Counted from the stretch's first letter, positions 10,303 to 20,786 are shown. The stretch is 64,000 nucleotides of DNA from Verrucomicrobiales bacterium (GCA_046075565.1 JBJTQJ010000025.1:64001-128000); one strand, 5' to 3'. Translations and numbers: made by a program. Notes: generated by a model not told the origin, from the sequence alone.

Positions 10303-11289
10303 ATGAGGTCCCGCCTCCTCGCCATCGTGGTTTTCTCGATTGCCGTGCTCCCGGCGCGGGCGGTGATGTTTTTTTCGACTGGCGATCCGACGCACAACCT
10401 GAATACAGCTCCGACAGGCCCGCTGGCCGGCTCGGGTTGGCAATACCAGGGCTATTTCGGAAGTTTTCTCGGCACGGCCATCTCCCCGAAACATTTCATC
10501 ACCGCCGCCCATGTCGGCACTTCCCCAACCTTCGTGTCGAAAAGCTTTTTCAATGGAGGCTCTGATGTGACGTATACCGTCGATACCACATTCAATGGCG
10601 GCATTGGATACAAGACACTTTCCGGCACGGATCTGAGGGTTTTCCAGATCACCGGAACCTTTCCGGCTTATGCGCCGCTCTATACAAAAACCGACGAGGT
10701 CGGTAAAGGACTGGTGGTAGTGGGAAGGGGCACACAACGCGGGGCCGAGGTGATCGTGAGCAGCGAATTGAAGGGCTGGAGGTGGGGAGCGGCCGACGGG
10801 CAGGCCCGCTGGGGCACGAATACGGTTTCAGCGGCCGTATCCAGCGGTGCCGGGGATTTGCTCCTCGCCGAATTCAATTCCGATGCCGGCGGGGACGAGG
10901 CCCATTTATCGGGAGGTGATTCCGGTGGCGCGGTTTTTATCAACGATGGTGGAATTTGGAAATTGGCGGGCATTAATTTTGCTGTCGAGGGGAGCTTCGA
11001 CACGAACAATGTGGTCGATACGAATGAATTCGAGGCCGCGCTTTTTGATATGGGCGGGCTCTACATCGGGAGGGACACACCGTCCCCGGATTGGACGTTC
11101 ATTCCGGATCTGGCCACCGACATTCCAAGCCAATTTGCGGCCAGCCGCATCAGCAGTTCCGTTGGCGCGATCCTCGCTATCCCGGAAGTCGGAGCGCTGA
11201 TCCCCGAGCCGGAGAACGGTGCCCTCCTGCTAGTGGCTTCCTCGCTGCTGTTTCGGAGACGGCGTGGGCGCCCCTTATCGCCCATGTAG
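10303..11289 (+). CDS. Trypsin-like serine protease with PEP-CTERM sorting signal
   Basis: Signal peptide, ITAAHV (His), GGDSGG (Ser), C-terminal IPEP + hydrophobic stretch + RRRR. Confidence 0.85.
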   Translation: MRSRLLAIVVFSIAVLPARAVMFFSTGDPTHNLNTAPTGPLAGSGWQYQGYFGSFLGTAISPKHFITAAHVGTSPTFVSKSFFNGGSDVTYTVDTTFNGGIGYKTLSGTDLRVFQITGTFPAYAPLYTKTDEVGKGLVVVGRGTQRGAEVIVSSELKGWRWGAADGQARWGTNTVSAAVSSGAGDLLLAEFNSDAGGDEAHLSGGDSGGAVFINDGGIWKLAGINFAVEGSFDTNNVVDTNEFEAALFDMGGLYIGRDTPSPDWTFIPDLATDIPSQFAASRISSSVGAILAIPEVGALIPEPENGALLLVASSLLFRRRRGRPLSPM

Positions 11290-11319
11290 GACGACGACAA
11301 GGAGTCGCCGACGTTCACC

Positions 11320-11730
11320 TCAGGCTTTCAATGCGGCGAGCCATTTGTGGATGACTGGATTCAGATCGGGAGCTTCGTTGGCATCGCGGGTGAAATACTT
11401 CGTCTCGATGGATGCAATCTCGGCTTCGAGTTCGGCGGCGCGTGTAGCATCGAGTTTTGGCGCCAACGCCTGTTTTATCCGGCGCAGGAAAGCGACGGTG
11501 GCGAAAGGGGTGGCTTCCGATGGCGGGAAAATTTCACCCACGCTTTCGACAACGGGTTTTGGTTTCCGTTTCATCCAGATGACGATCCCCACGAGAAGAA
11601 CCAGGAGAGGAACAAGCACAAACCAGAGCTTATTGCCTGCGCCAGTTCCCGGGAGGACCACCCCCTTGGCGGCATCGGCGGGCGTGAGTTCGATGAGGTC
11701 GGCACAAAAGCCCCAAAGCCAGACACGCAC
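11320..11730 (-). pseudogene. Probable C-terminal fragment of a membrane-anchored protein
   Basis: TM helix followed by KRKPK and a helical tail; the first residues look non-coding and there is no signal peptide or convincing start. Confidence 0.4.
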
Positions 11731-11841
11731 CGATCAGAGGTTGTTACCATGGCCCAGCCCTCTCGATGCGCTCAGCGGTCAGGCCCCTCGAATGTGGCAA
11801 AAAGCCGTTGCCGGTAGCGGCTCAAGGTGGTTTCCTGTGCC

Positions 11842-12471
11842 ATGAAGACTGCCGGTTTGTTTCTGCCCCTGCTGGTCCTGTTCGCTGCTTGCGGACGCGA
11901 GACCAAAGAACCCGCCAGTCCGCCGCCAGCGGCGCAGTTGCAAATCCCCGCTGGGGCGGAAGCGGAAACCACCAAAGCCCGGGAAGCAGTCGCCTCCTAC
12001 GCGGGCGAGTTGAAGGCAAAACTCATGGCCGCCCTGGGGGAAGGTGGCGCGGTCGGGGCCATCGAAGTCTGCTCCAAGATTGCACCCGAATTGGCCACTG
12101 CCCACGGGGAAAAATCCGGCCTCACCATCCGGCGGGTGACCACACGCAGTCGCAATCCCGACGCCGAGCCCGACGAGTGGGATCTGTAAACCATCGATGC
12201 CTTCGCCAACCGCCTGCGCATGGGAGCCTCCCCTCTCAATCTTGAACGCGCCGAAACCGCCACCATGGAGGGTCAGCCGGTGCTCCGTTATGCCAAGGCC
12301 ATCCCCGTCGATGCCCTCTGCCTCACCTGCCACGGGAAAGAAATCGCCCCGCCCATCGCCCAAAAACTCCGCGATCTTTACCCGGACGACAAGGCCACCG
12401 ACTATCAGGTCGGCGACCTGCGGGGCATCTTCTCCGTCGTCGTGCCCATGGCGCAGGGCTCGGCCAACTGA
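11842..12471 (+). pseudogene. Tll0287-like (DUF3365) c-type heme lipoprotein interrupted by an in-frame TAA at 12187-12189
   Basis: Lipobox LFAAC, AIEVC, RNPDAEPDEW, CLTCH heme motif, YPDDKATDYQVGDLRG; the two ORFs are in the same frame. Confidence 0.8.
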
Positions 12472-12573
12472 GGTGGAATTTCCCGGCGGCGGCACCCAGA
12501 TTCCACCAAGATTGCCCTTTTCCCCGGGTCCGGCATCGGTCCTGCTTATCCAAACACTCCATCCCTTTCCCCA

Positions 12574-15318
12574 ATGCCCGAAAATCAAACGGAAAAGCCA
12601 CTGCTCAACGACGGATTCCAGCTCCTGGAATCGGAACTTTCTTTCGCCCTGGAAGTTTTCGCCGGGGTTCTGGAACGGCTCGGGCAGGCCGGGTTGGCGG
12701 GCAAATTGCCATGGACCGGCAAGGCTTTGCCGGTGGTTGAAGGCCCGGATCGCTCGCTCGGGCAGGCGTATTCCATCGCCTTCCAGCTCCTGAACATCGT
12801 CGAGGAACGCGTGGCCGCTCAAGTCCGCCGCTGGCGGGAAAAACAGCAAGGACCCCAGGCTGAGAAAGGGCTCTGGCCGGACAAACTGGCCCAGATGCAA
12901 CGATTGGGTTTGGATGAAGCCGCCCTGCTCGAGGTGCTCTCCGAGATCCGCGTCGAGCCGGTGCTAACCGCCCATCCAACGGAGGCGAAACGCGGCACGG
13001 TGCGCGAACGCCACCGCGAAATCTACGATCTCATCCAAGCCCGCGAAAATCCCGCCTATACCGAACGCGAGCGGGAACGCGGACGTCGCTTTCTTGAAAA
13101 CCAAATCGAGGCGCTCTGGCGCACGGGCGAAATCCATGTGACTCGCCCGACCATCGCGCAGGAACTCGACAATGCCCTCTTCTATCTGCGGGAGGTTTTC
13201 CCCGAAGCGGTTTCGCGTGCGCACACCCATCTGCGCGAAGCCTGGCAGGCGGCCGGTTTTGATGTGAGCAAATTGGATGCGCTTCCCCCGATGGTTCGAT
13301 TCGGCACGTGGATCGGAGGCGATCGCGATGGCCATCCGGGTGTGACCGCCGATGTGACACGCGACGCGCTCGCGAGTTTGCGTTACAACTCGCTGCGATT
13401 GTTTGCCCGCCAGCTCGAGCGCCTTGCCCACCATTTGCCGCTGAGCCGGTATTTCCAAACCGTCCCGCCCGCGCTCGAGAACCTGCTCGGAAAATTGCAC
13501 GAGGAACTGCGCGCTGCCGGCAACAGCGAGGCCGACACACTCGTTGAACAACACCGCGAAGAACCATGGCGCGCGGTCGCCCATCTCATGCGCCAGAAGA
13601 TCCTGCTTTCCCGCGACCAGCCTTCAGCGCCGTCGATCTATAGAGCTCCCGAAGATCTCCTAACCGATCTGGAGATCCTGGCAAAATCCCTCGAAACGGC
13701 GGGCGCGACCACCGCAGTTGCGGAATTCATCGCGCCCTTGCGGCGTCAGCTCGCGACCTTTGGATTCCACTCGGCCATCCTCGATGTGCGTCAGAACTCC
13801 GCCTTCCACCAGAAGGCGCTCGGGCAGTTGCTCGCCAAGGCCGGTGTCCTCGGCGCGGAATCATTCGAAGCCTGGACGGAGGAGGACAAACGCGCCTTCC
13901 TCGAAAAGGAACTGCGCTCGCCGCGGCCATTTCTCGCTCCCGGCATGGCGGCGGGACCGGAAGCCGATGCGGTGCTGAATTGTTATCGGGTGCTGGCGAA
14001 GCACCGGGCACGTCATGGTGGCGCGGGACTGGGCGCGCTCATTGTCTCCATGACGCGCGGCGTATCCGATCTCCTCACGGTTTATGTGCTCGCTCGCGAA
14101 GCGGGGTTGATGGAGTTGGCGCACGGCGGCTTGCGGTGCCCGCTGCCCGTGGTGCCGCTCTTTGAAACCATGGACGATCTCGAGGCCGCGCCCGCCATCG
14201 TCGATCATTTCCTTGCCCATCCGGTCACTCGCCGCGGCTTGGGCGAGGATGCGGACTTCCAAATGATGCTGGGCTATTCCGACTCTAACAAAGACTGTGG
14301 TATTCTCTCCAGCCAGTGGGCATTGCACAAGGCGCAAAGAACTCTCGCGGAAACCTGCGCCCGCCATTGCATGCGGCCGGTCTTTTTCCACGGGCGCGGA
14401 GGCACCGTCGGGCGGGGCGCTGGACCGACCCATTGGTTCATGGAAGCGTTGCCCCATGGCGCGCTCGGCGGAGCGTTCCGCATGACCGAACAAGGGGAAA
14501 CCATCGCGCAGAAATACGCACACCTCGGTGCCGCGACCTACCATACCGAATTGCTCGTGGCATCGGTGAGCGCCGCCACCGCCAAGCACCGGAAAGGCAA
14601 GGCACCCGGCGAAGCCGACCCGGCTCTTTTGGAGAAACTTGCGGGTTGGAGCCGAGCTGCTTATCGCGAATTCCTCCACGCGCCCGACTTCATGGCATTC
14701 TATCGCACGGCCACACCGATTGACGCGCTGGAAAATGCCCGCATCGGTTCACGGCCCGCCCGCCGCACCGGACGCGCCACCTTGGAAGATCTTCGCGCCA
14801 TCCCGTGGGTATTCTCGTGGACGCAGTCGCGCTTCTATCTCCCGGGATGGTTCGGCGCCGGCTCCGCTTTCCAAAAATTGCGCGAGGAAGATCCGGACGC
14901 TTTTACCCGGTTGGGTGAACAAACACGCGGCGATGCCTTCCTGCGTTATGTCCTGACCAATATCGATGGATCTCTCGCCAGCACGAACGAGAAAATCATG
15001 ACCGCCTACGCGGCCCTTGTGCCCGATGCGGAAATCCGGGAAAATTTCCTCGGCACGATCCTGCGGGAACTCACCGCCACTCGTCAGGCCTTACATGATC
15101 TTTTCCGGGGCAGCTTCCAGGATCGCCGTCCGCGGATGGCCCGCACCCTCGCCATCCGTGAGGAACCGCTGCGCGTGCTCCACATGCAACAAATCTCGTT
15201 GCTGCGCGAGTGGCGTGCCCGCCTTGCCGCCGGCGATGCCAGTGGTGCCGACAGCATGGTGCCGGATTTGCTCATCTCCGTGAATGCTATCTCTTCCGGC
15301 CTGCGCACCACGGGGTGA
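12574..15318 (+). CDS. ppc: Phosphoenolpyruvate carboxylase
   Basis: VLTAHPTE, WIGGDRDG, MLGYSDSNKD, FHGRGGTVGRG, LRAIPWVFSWTQSR, C-terminal LRTTG. Confidence 0.98.
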   Translation: MPENQTEKPLLNDGFQLLESELSFALEVFAGVLERLGQAGLAGKLPWTGKALPVVEGPDRSLGQAYSIAFQLLNIVEERVAAQVRRWREKQQGPQAEKGLWPDKLAQMQRLGLDEAALLEVLSEIRVEPVLTAHPTEAKRGTVRERHREIYDLIQARENPAYTERERERGRRFLENQIEALWRTGEIHVTRPTIAQELDNALFYLREVFPEAVSRAHTHLREAWQAAGFDVSKLDALPPMVRFGTWIGGDRDGHPGVTADVTRDALASLRYNSLRLFARQLERLAHHLPLSRYFQTVPPALENLLGKLHEELRAAGNSEADTLVEQHREEPWRAVAHLMRQKILLSRDQPSAPSIYRAPEDLLTDLEILAKSLETAGATTAVAEFIAPLRRQLATFGFHSAILDVRQNSAFHQKALGQLLAKAGVLGAESFEAWTEEDKRAFLEKELRSPRPFLAPGMAAGPEADAVLNCYRVLAKHRARHGGAGLGALIVSMTRGVSDLLTVYVLAREAGLMELAHGGLRCPLPVVPLFETMDDLEAAPAIVDHFLAHPVTRRGLGEDADFQMMLGYSDSNKDCGILSSQWALHKAQRTLAETCARHCMRPVFFHGRGGTVGRGAGPTHWFMEALPHGALGGAFRMTEQGETIAQKYAHLGAATYHTELLVASVSAATAKHRKGKAPGEADPALLEKLAGWSRAAYREFLHAPDFMAFYRTATPIDALENARIGSRPARRTGRATLEDLRAIPWVFSWTQSRFYLPGWFGAGSAFQKLREEDPDAFTRLGEQTRGDAFLRYVLTNIDGSLASTNEKIMTAYAALVPDAEIRENFLGTILRELTATRQALHDLFRGSFQDRRPRMARTLAIREEPLRVLHMQQISLLREWRARLAAGDASGADSMVPDLLISVNAISSGLRTTG

Positions 15319-15470
15319 GCGCGTTACTTTTCATAAGCGTGGCCTTGGATTGCCACGAACAGGCGTTCGAATCAAGCAGAATCGGAAAATTCACGTCTTT
15401 CCCGTGGCGAAACCCAGCCTCAAGCAATCGCGTGATGTGCGTGACTCCGACTTCGCTGCCGCCTCACAGG

Positions 15471-15499
15471 AAGCCGACTACTGGTGGGTCGGGTTTTTT
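15471..15499 (+). terminator. Possible intrinsic terminator between convergent ppc and vapC
   Basis: ccgac...gtcgg stem followed by a T run. Confidence 0.4.
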
Positions 15500-15926
15500 A
15501 ATCGAGCGGATTGATCCAGCGCAGGCTTGGGAAGCGCAGGAAATCGGAATCGGTGCTGTGGAGTTCACCCTGGTGTTCGACGGCCAGCGCAGCGAGTTGA
15601 GCGTCTGTTGTCAAATTTCCCGCTGTGCCAAGCAGGATCAGATACTCAAGAAATAGTGATTCGAATTTGGCGCCGGGGTGGATGATGCGAACGGGTTCTT
15701 GGGCCAGCCAGGAGCGCACATGTGCGACCGCTTCCCCCACGTCTAGCGGATGGGAAAGCACTCTGGGATGGGTCATCAGCCGGAGGAACCCGCTCATGCA
15801 CACCCAGGGCAATCCCACGGGGACTCTGCCGTTCAGCAATCCTTCCCACCACGCTTTGGCCTTTTCGTGCTGCGGGGCCCGTTTGTTGTGGGCATAAATG
15901 AGAAGGTTGATATCCGGAATGATCAT
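15498..15926 (-). CDS. vapC: VapC-family PIN domain toxin
   Basis: IIPDINLLIYA, FLRLMTHPR, LTTDAQLAALA, STDSDFLRF, WINPL. Confidence 0.92.
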   Translation of the reverse strand: MIIPDINLLIYAHNKRAPQHEKAKAWWEGLLNGRVPVGLPWVCMSGFLRLMTHPRVLSHPLDVGEAVAHVRSWLAQEPVRIIHPGAKFESLFLEYLILLGTAGNLTTDAQLAALAVEHQGELHSTDSDFLRFPSLRWINPLD

Positions 15927-16186
15927 GGCCGCGGGCCCTGTTTGGCTAGAAACTCTCCGGCCTCGATTTCATCCACCAGTTGATTCAGTTTTCCAGAATC
16001 GATGCCGGGGAGGAATGCGGACGAATGGGGTTTCACCCGGTAAGGTTTCGGGCGTTTCGCTGCTGCCAAGCCCAGCCCTCTGCGCAGAGCCTCGTTGACA
16101 ATCACCTTCAAAGGGCGCTTGCCTAACGCCGCTTCCTGCTTGAGCCGGTCGGCTACCTCAGGATCTATCGTTAACGTTGTGCGCAT
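15923..16186 (-). CDS. vapB: VapB-type ribbon-helix-helix antitoxin
   Basis: MRTTLTIDPEV...IVNEALRRGL N-terminus; 4-nt overlap with the toxin gene. Confidence 0.88.
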   Translation of the reverse strand: MRTTLTIDPEVADRLKQEAALGKRPLKVIVNEALRRGLGLAAAKRPKPYRVKPHSSAFLPGIDSGKLNQLVDEIEAGEFLAKQGPRP

Positions 16187-16206
16187 GAGGCATCTTCGCA
16201 TCAATC

Positions 16207-16230
16207 TTTTTGATGTCAAGACATCAAAAA
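16207..16230. promoter_or_regulatory. Palindromic operator over the vapBC -35 box
   Basis: TTTTTGATGTC-AA-GACATCAAAAA perfect 11-bp inverted repeat containing TTGACA on the minus strand. Confidence 0.7.
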
Positions 16231-16323
16231 TCGGAGGGAACCTCGCGGGGAAGCGGCGCATTTCACCATCGGCCGCAGTTGCAATCCCCGGGTATTTCGG
16301 CAAGACTGGGTCCACGACGGTTC

Positions 16324-16836
16324 ATGATTCCGCAGCATTATCCCATTGAAGACGGAAAACTTTATGGCGGGGAGTATCCCGCCGATAGGGATCCGAAAGT
16401 CGCAAGAGAACGCCTGTGGCCACTGGTCACTCTGGGCATCCGCACCTTCATTGACCTCACAAGCCCCGCTGACCGCATGGCTCCCTATGAAGCGATTCTC
16501 GGGGAATTGGAGAAAGAAGCCGGATGTCATCTCCGCCGGATATCCGTGCCGATTGTGGACATGGGGATCCCCGAGAACAGCACGACGACGAAAACGATTC
16601 TTCAACATGTGAACGATTGTAAAATCCACGCTCCGGCTGTCTATGTGCATTGTTGGGGCGGGATCGGTCGCACTGGCACGGTCGTCGGCTGTTGGCTCAG
16701 GGAATGTGGTTATGATCCGGAAGCCGCCTTGGCCCGTGTCCAGCACCTGTATGCCACGAACATGCCGAAAGTCCGCTTTCACCCGGAATCACCGCAGACG
16801 CCCGCGCAGAAGGATTACATCCGGAAGTGGTCGTAG
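16324..16836 (+). CDS. Cys-based protein tyrosine/dual-specificity phosphatase
   Basis: YVHCWGGIGRTG (HCX5R) motif, GEYP, FIDLT, SPQT..Q. Confidence 0.88.
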   Translation: MIPQHYPIEDGKLYGGEYPADRDPKVARERLWPLVTLGIRTFIDLTSPADRMAPYEAILGELEKEAGCHLRRISVPIVDMGIPENSTTTKTILQHVNDCKIHAPAVYVHCWGGIGRTGTVVGCWLRECGYDPEAALARVQHLYATNMPKVRFHPESPQTPAQKDYIRKWS

Positions 16837-16859
16837 CAGTCGCGGATTCGCGATCACCG

Positions 16860-19346
16860 CTATTTGATCAACACTTCGCGAGGTTTCGCGCCTTCGCCGG
16901 GACCGACGTAGCCGCGTTGTTCCAGCAGATCCATCATTCGGGCGGCCCGTGTGTAACCGAGACGCAAACGCCGCTGGAGCAACGAGGTGGATGCACGCTT
17001 TTCCTGGATGATGACTTCCACGCACTTCTGCAGCATTTCTTCATCCTCGTCGCTCACTTCCTCGCCATCATCGGAGTCACCGCCGGCGAGCACCTCTTCG
17101 ATGCGGGTCTCGAATTTCTGTTCCCCTTGGCTGGAACAATGGTGGACCATACGATGCACTTCCTCGTCCGTTATGAAGGCGCCTTGGCAACGCAGGAGTT
17201 GCGCCGTGCCCGGCGGGAGATAGAGCATGTCGCCTTTGCCGACGAGTTTCTCCGCGCCATTCGCATCGAGGATGACCCGTGAATCGATACCCGAGGAAAC
17301 TTGGAAGGCGATGCGGCTTGGGATGTTCGCTTTGATCACGCCGGTAATGACCGTTGAACGCGGCGTCTGGGTCGCGATGATCAAATGGATGCCGGCAGCA
17401 CGGGCCTTCTGGGCGATTCGTGCGATCAACATTTCAACATCCGCCGAAGCCGTCTGCATGAGGTCAGCCAACTCGTCGATGATGACCACGATGTAGGGGA
17501 TCCGCTCTGGAATCGCTTCCTCTTCCGGTTCCGGTTCTTCATCAAAGTCCGGGCCGAACAGTTCTCCATCCTCGAGGGCGCGGGCCACGGATTCAATGGC
17601 TTCCTCATCCACTTCTTTGGATTCTTCTTCCGGTTCCGGTTCGGGCTCGACCGCCTTTTTCTCTTCTTGCGGTCGGTTGTTGAAGGAATCGAAGTTTCGC
17701 ACTTTGACTTTGGCGAAAATCCGGTAGCGCCGTTCCATCTCAATCACCACCCAGCGCAGCGATTGAATCACCTTCTTCGCATCCGTTACCACCGGAGCGA
17801 CGAGGTGAGGAAGTGTGTTGTATTCCGCCATCTCCACGACCTTCGGGTCCACCATGATCAACCGCAGCTCATCCGGCGTGAATCGGAACAACATCGACGC
17901 GATGATCGAGTTGAGACAGACCGACTTACCCGAACCAGTGGAACCAGCCACGAGCAAGTGCGGCATGGCCGCGAGATCGCCCACGATGACATTCCCATAC
18001 ACATCCTTGCCGAGGGCGAGCGGGATCTTTTTCTTCGACGAGGTGAACGCCGGATCCTCAAGCAACTCGCGCAGGGGCACCAGCACCTTCTTCGAATTCG
18101 CAATCTCGATGCCGACGGTATCCTTACCGGGAATGGGCGCGATGATGTGGATGCGTTCAGCGCGGGTGGCCCGCGCGATATCGGCTTCAAGGGCGGCGAT
18201 GCGGCTCACACGCAGGCCGGCCGTGGGATAAATTTCGTAGCGGGTGACGGTGGGGCCGCGGGTGATGTCGCCCGGTTTCACCATGATGCCGAACGTGGCC
18301 AATGTGTTGATGATGGTTTCCTGCGCGGCGATCAGCTCGTTTTTGTCGGCGGGCGTGTTGCCGGTCGGATCGCTCCAGTCGAGGATTTCCAATGTCGGCG
18401 TGGTGTAGCCGGGGAATTGCGCGCTCTCGAGTGGCTGCGGTTTCTTCTCCGGGAAGAGCACCGATCGTCCCGCCGGTTTTGTGGGTTGGCGGACGGACGA
18501 GTCAATGATCCGGCGCTCCGGCGCGAATTCGAGCGGTAATTCCGCCGGGACCGCTTCCGGCTCGGCCGGGGCGGGAATGACCACATCTTCCGGCAGGGGA
18601 TCCTTCACCCGGCGCTGGCGTGTAGCTTTCGCAGGCGGGGGAGGCATCACGGGAGGAGCGACGGGCTGCGATGCCGTTTCTCGCTCGGCTTCCTCGCGGG
18701 CAAGTCGACGCTCTTCCAGCTTGTCAGCGAGCCCGCGTTTGCTCATTCTTGCGAATTGCCATGGGTGAATACCCGTGAAGAGCGGCAAAGCAACCAGATA
18801 AATCCCCACCAAAATCAGGATGGCACCGACCTGTCCGAGCAGGCTCTCGAGCACCATCCCGCCGATGGCTTTGCCGAAGAATCCCCCGGGCGAATCCCCG
18901 AGTTGGTTGTAAATCGTGCCGTCGCCGTGCAGGAAAAGCCGCTGCACATGCAGCAAAGCCGCCGAACTGAGCAGCAGCAATCCCCAGCCCAGGAGCATTT
19001 TGCCCTGTTCGCGGCTGAGGCCCATCAACCGACTCAAGCCCAGCCAGGCCATCCCAGCCGGCAAGAGATAAGCCGCCGCCCCGAATAGCAAATAGGCCCC
19101 AAGGGCCAGCACCGCCCCCACCGGACCGATGAAATTCCTCGCTGGATGGTGCGGCTCGGCCAGGCTATTAAAACGAGTCCATGCCGGGAGGTCGCCGGCA
19201 TCGAAGGAAATCAGGGCCAGGAAGACCGCCAACGCGAAGATGCACAGCAGCACCGCGAAGATTGCACCTCGCTTCGGATGTTCGTCGGGACCATCCTCCT
19301 CCTCGAGTGGACGGGGATGGCGGAAGGTGTTCCTCGATGGTGCCAT
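16860..19346 (-). CDS. ftsK: DNA translocase FtsK
   Basis: 4-TM N-terminus, PHLLVAGSTGSGKS, IIDELADLM, RAAGIHLIIATQ, gamma domain LQRRLRLGYTRAAR. Confidence 0.97.
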   Translation of the reverse strand: MAPSRNTFRHPRPLEEEDGPDEHPKRGAIFAVLLCIFALAVFLALISFDAGDLPAWTRFNSLAEPHHPARNFIGPVGAVLALGAYLLFGAAAYLLPAGMAWLGLSRLMGLSREQGKMLLGWGLLLLSSAALLHVQRLFLHGDGTIYNQLGDSPGGFFGKAIGGMVLESLLGQVGAILILVGIYLVALPLFTGIHPWQFARMSKRGLADKLEERRLAREEAERETASQPVAPPVMPPPPAKATRQRRVKDPLPEDVVIPAPAEPEAVPAELPLEFAPERRIIDSSVRQPTKPAGRSVLFPEKKPQPLESAQFPGYTTPTLEILDWSDPTGNTPADKNELIAAQETIINTLATFGIMVKPGDITRGPTVTRYEIYPTAGLRVSRIAALEADIARATRAERIHIIAPIPGKDTVGIEIANSKKVLVPLRELLEDPAFTSSKKKIPLALGKDVYGNVIVGDLAAMPHLLVAGSTGSGKSVCLNSIIASMLFRFTPDELRLIMVDPKVVEMAEYNTLPHLVAPVVTDAKKVIQSLRWVVIEMERRYRIFAKVKVRNFDSFNNRPQEEKKAVEPEPEPEEESKEVDEEAIESVARALEDGELFGPDFDEEPEPEEEAIPERIPYIVVIIDELADLMQTASADVEMLIARIAQKARAAGIHLIIATQTPRSTVITGVIKANIPSRIAFQVSSGIDSRVILDANGAEKLVGKGDMLYLPPGTAQLLRCQGAFITDEEVHRMVHHCSSQGEQKFETRIEEVLAGGDSDDGEEVSDEDEEMLQKCVEVIIQEKRASTSLLQRRLRLGYTRAARMMDLLEQRGYVGPGEGAKPREVLIK

Positions 19347-19468
19347 GGGGGCTGGAATAATAAAGCTCACCGAACCATCATGGTAGTAAAAATATCCCGC
19401 AAGGCAAAGCCGGGATTTTTCGAATTTTGAGAACTTTTACCAATCCGGAGAATTTTCGACCGCGTCTC

Positions 19469-20002
19469 TCACCTCTTCCCGCTGATCGGTCTTCTCGATT
19501 CGACAAGCAATCGTGAACGCCGGTCACGGCGGAGGGTGAACCGTTCGCGCAGGACACCGCGGGGTTTGTCTCCATGTTCGACCTCGATGGTGACCATCAT
19601 GGGGAGGGCCTGGAAAGAAAGCACCCGGAAGAGAGGCGTGCGACGGGACCGGAGGAAGCAATGGAAAGGCACATCCTCATGGCGGGCATTCCAGAGGAAA
19701 CCCGAAGGCGGAAAGTCGGATTCCTCGGAGAGGGCGGCGAAGGTTTCCCGCAGGATTTCCTCACCGTGTTCGCGCGCGAGTTTGGCGGCCTCGCGGCGGT
19801 TGAGGGCTTCTTCGATGGCGGCGGCGGGTCCGAGCCGGCGCGACTCGGCGATTTCGACGAGCAGGAACCGGGCGTGCGCGTCGATGGCGGCATGCAACTC
19901 TCGCCGGCTGATTTTTCCCAAATCATACATCCGGAAGAGTTGGGCGGGGGTCGGCGGGGAGCGGAGCATCACGGCGGCGACAACAATACGCGGTTCAGGC
20001 AT
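19469..20002 (-). CDS. Hypothetical protein
   Basis: Co-oriented ORF overlapping the upstream peptidase stop by 8 nt; start uncertain. Confidence 0.6.
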   Translation of the reverse strand: MPEPRIVVAAVMLRSPPTPAQLFRMYDLGKISRRELHAAIDAHARFLLVEIAESRRLGPAAAIEEALNRREAAKLAREHGEEILRETFAALSEESDFPPSGFLWNARHEDVPFHCFLRSRRTPLFRVLSFQALPMMVTIEVEHGDKPRGVLRERFTLRRDRRSRLLVESRRPISGKR

Positions 20003-20774
20003 CCATGGCGCTTTCGACGGCGCGAACAAACGCGGCCTGCGCGAGCACGCGGCGGTAGAGCGAAAACTCCGAGGGCGTCTCGAAGGTCAGCACTTGCCAG
20101 GCCCAATGGGTGTAAAGGGAAAAGGCCTCCGGCCATCCATCCATCCGGGGCAAGGCGGCGCGGCGAATCAATCCATCCTCGGCGGCCCGGCCTTCGATAA
20201 CGTGGCGCGGATCATTCGGGATGTGCACGGTGGCGGCATCCATTGTCTCGCGTGCGAAGGCGCGGCGTCTGCGCCGGTAGAGTTCATAACAATAGTTGCC
20301 GCGCGCGTCGAAATCCTCGTGCAGACAAACGGCGGTGTGGAACCAGCCTTCCGGGGTGTAACGCTCAAGCACACGTTCCCAGCGACGCACCAACGCGGGC
20401 ATGGGGCTGGTGAAGGTCCGGTTCAGATCGCGGCCCCGGCGATCCTCGCGGCGATTGTGGACGAGACCCCATGGATTGAGGCAGGGAAAAATGAGCAACG
20501 GACGCTTCTGGCAGGCGAGGCGCAGGCGCGCCCATTCGATCAGGCCCCACACCGATGCCGGTTCGTCGCCGTGAATGCCCGCGCTCAGGTAGAGGCCGGG
20601 CTGGTCTGGATCACCCTCCTTGGCCACCCAGATCACGGGAAAACCACCATCGGCGGCGAAGACTCCGATCTCAGCGCCCGCGTCGGAGGCCAGCACGCGC
20701 CATGCTTCAACCACGCCGCGATAGTCATGCGCGCGGTGGCGGGCGAGAAAATGATCTTCTTTGCGGGCGGGCAT
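19995..20774 (-). CDS. M14-like zinc carboxypeptidase/amidase (AstE/MpaA-like)
   Basis: AGIHGDE, NPWG, RDLNR, LHED and TFETP motifs. Confidence 0.85.
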   Translation of the reverse strand: MPARKEDHFLARHRAHDYRGVVEAWRVLASDAGAEIGVFAADGGFPVIWVAKEGDPDQPGLYLSAGIHGDEPASVWGLIEWARLRLACQKRPLLIFPCLNPWGLVHNRREDRRGRDLNRTFTSPMPALVRRWERVLERYTPEGWFHTAVCLHEDFDARGNYCYELYRRRRRAFARETMDAATVHIPNDPRHVIEGRAAEDGLIRRAALPRMDGWPEAFSLYTHWAWQVLTFETPSEFSLYRRVLAQAAFVRAVESAMDA

Positions 20775-20786
20775 GCGATGGAAAAA

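Noticed and set aside
6744-12189. Stop-codon reassignment explaining the two in-frame stops
   Set aside because: The stops differ (TAG and TAA) and both codons terminate intact genes elsewhere in the window (for example 16836 and 53287); no suppressor tRNA is seen
15320-15470. Possible gene remnant between ppc and vapC
   Set aside because: No recognisable protein motif in the frames read
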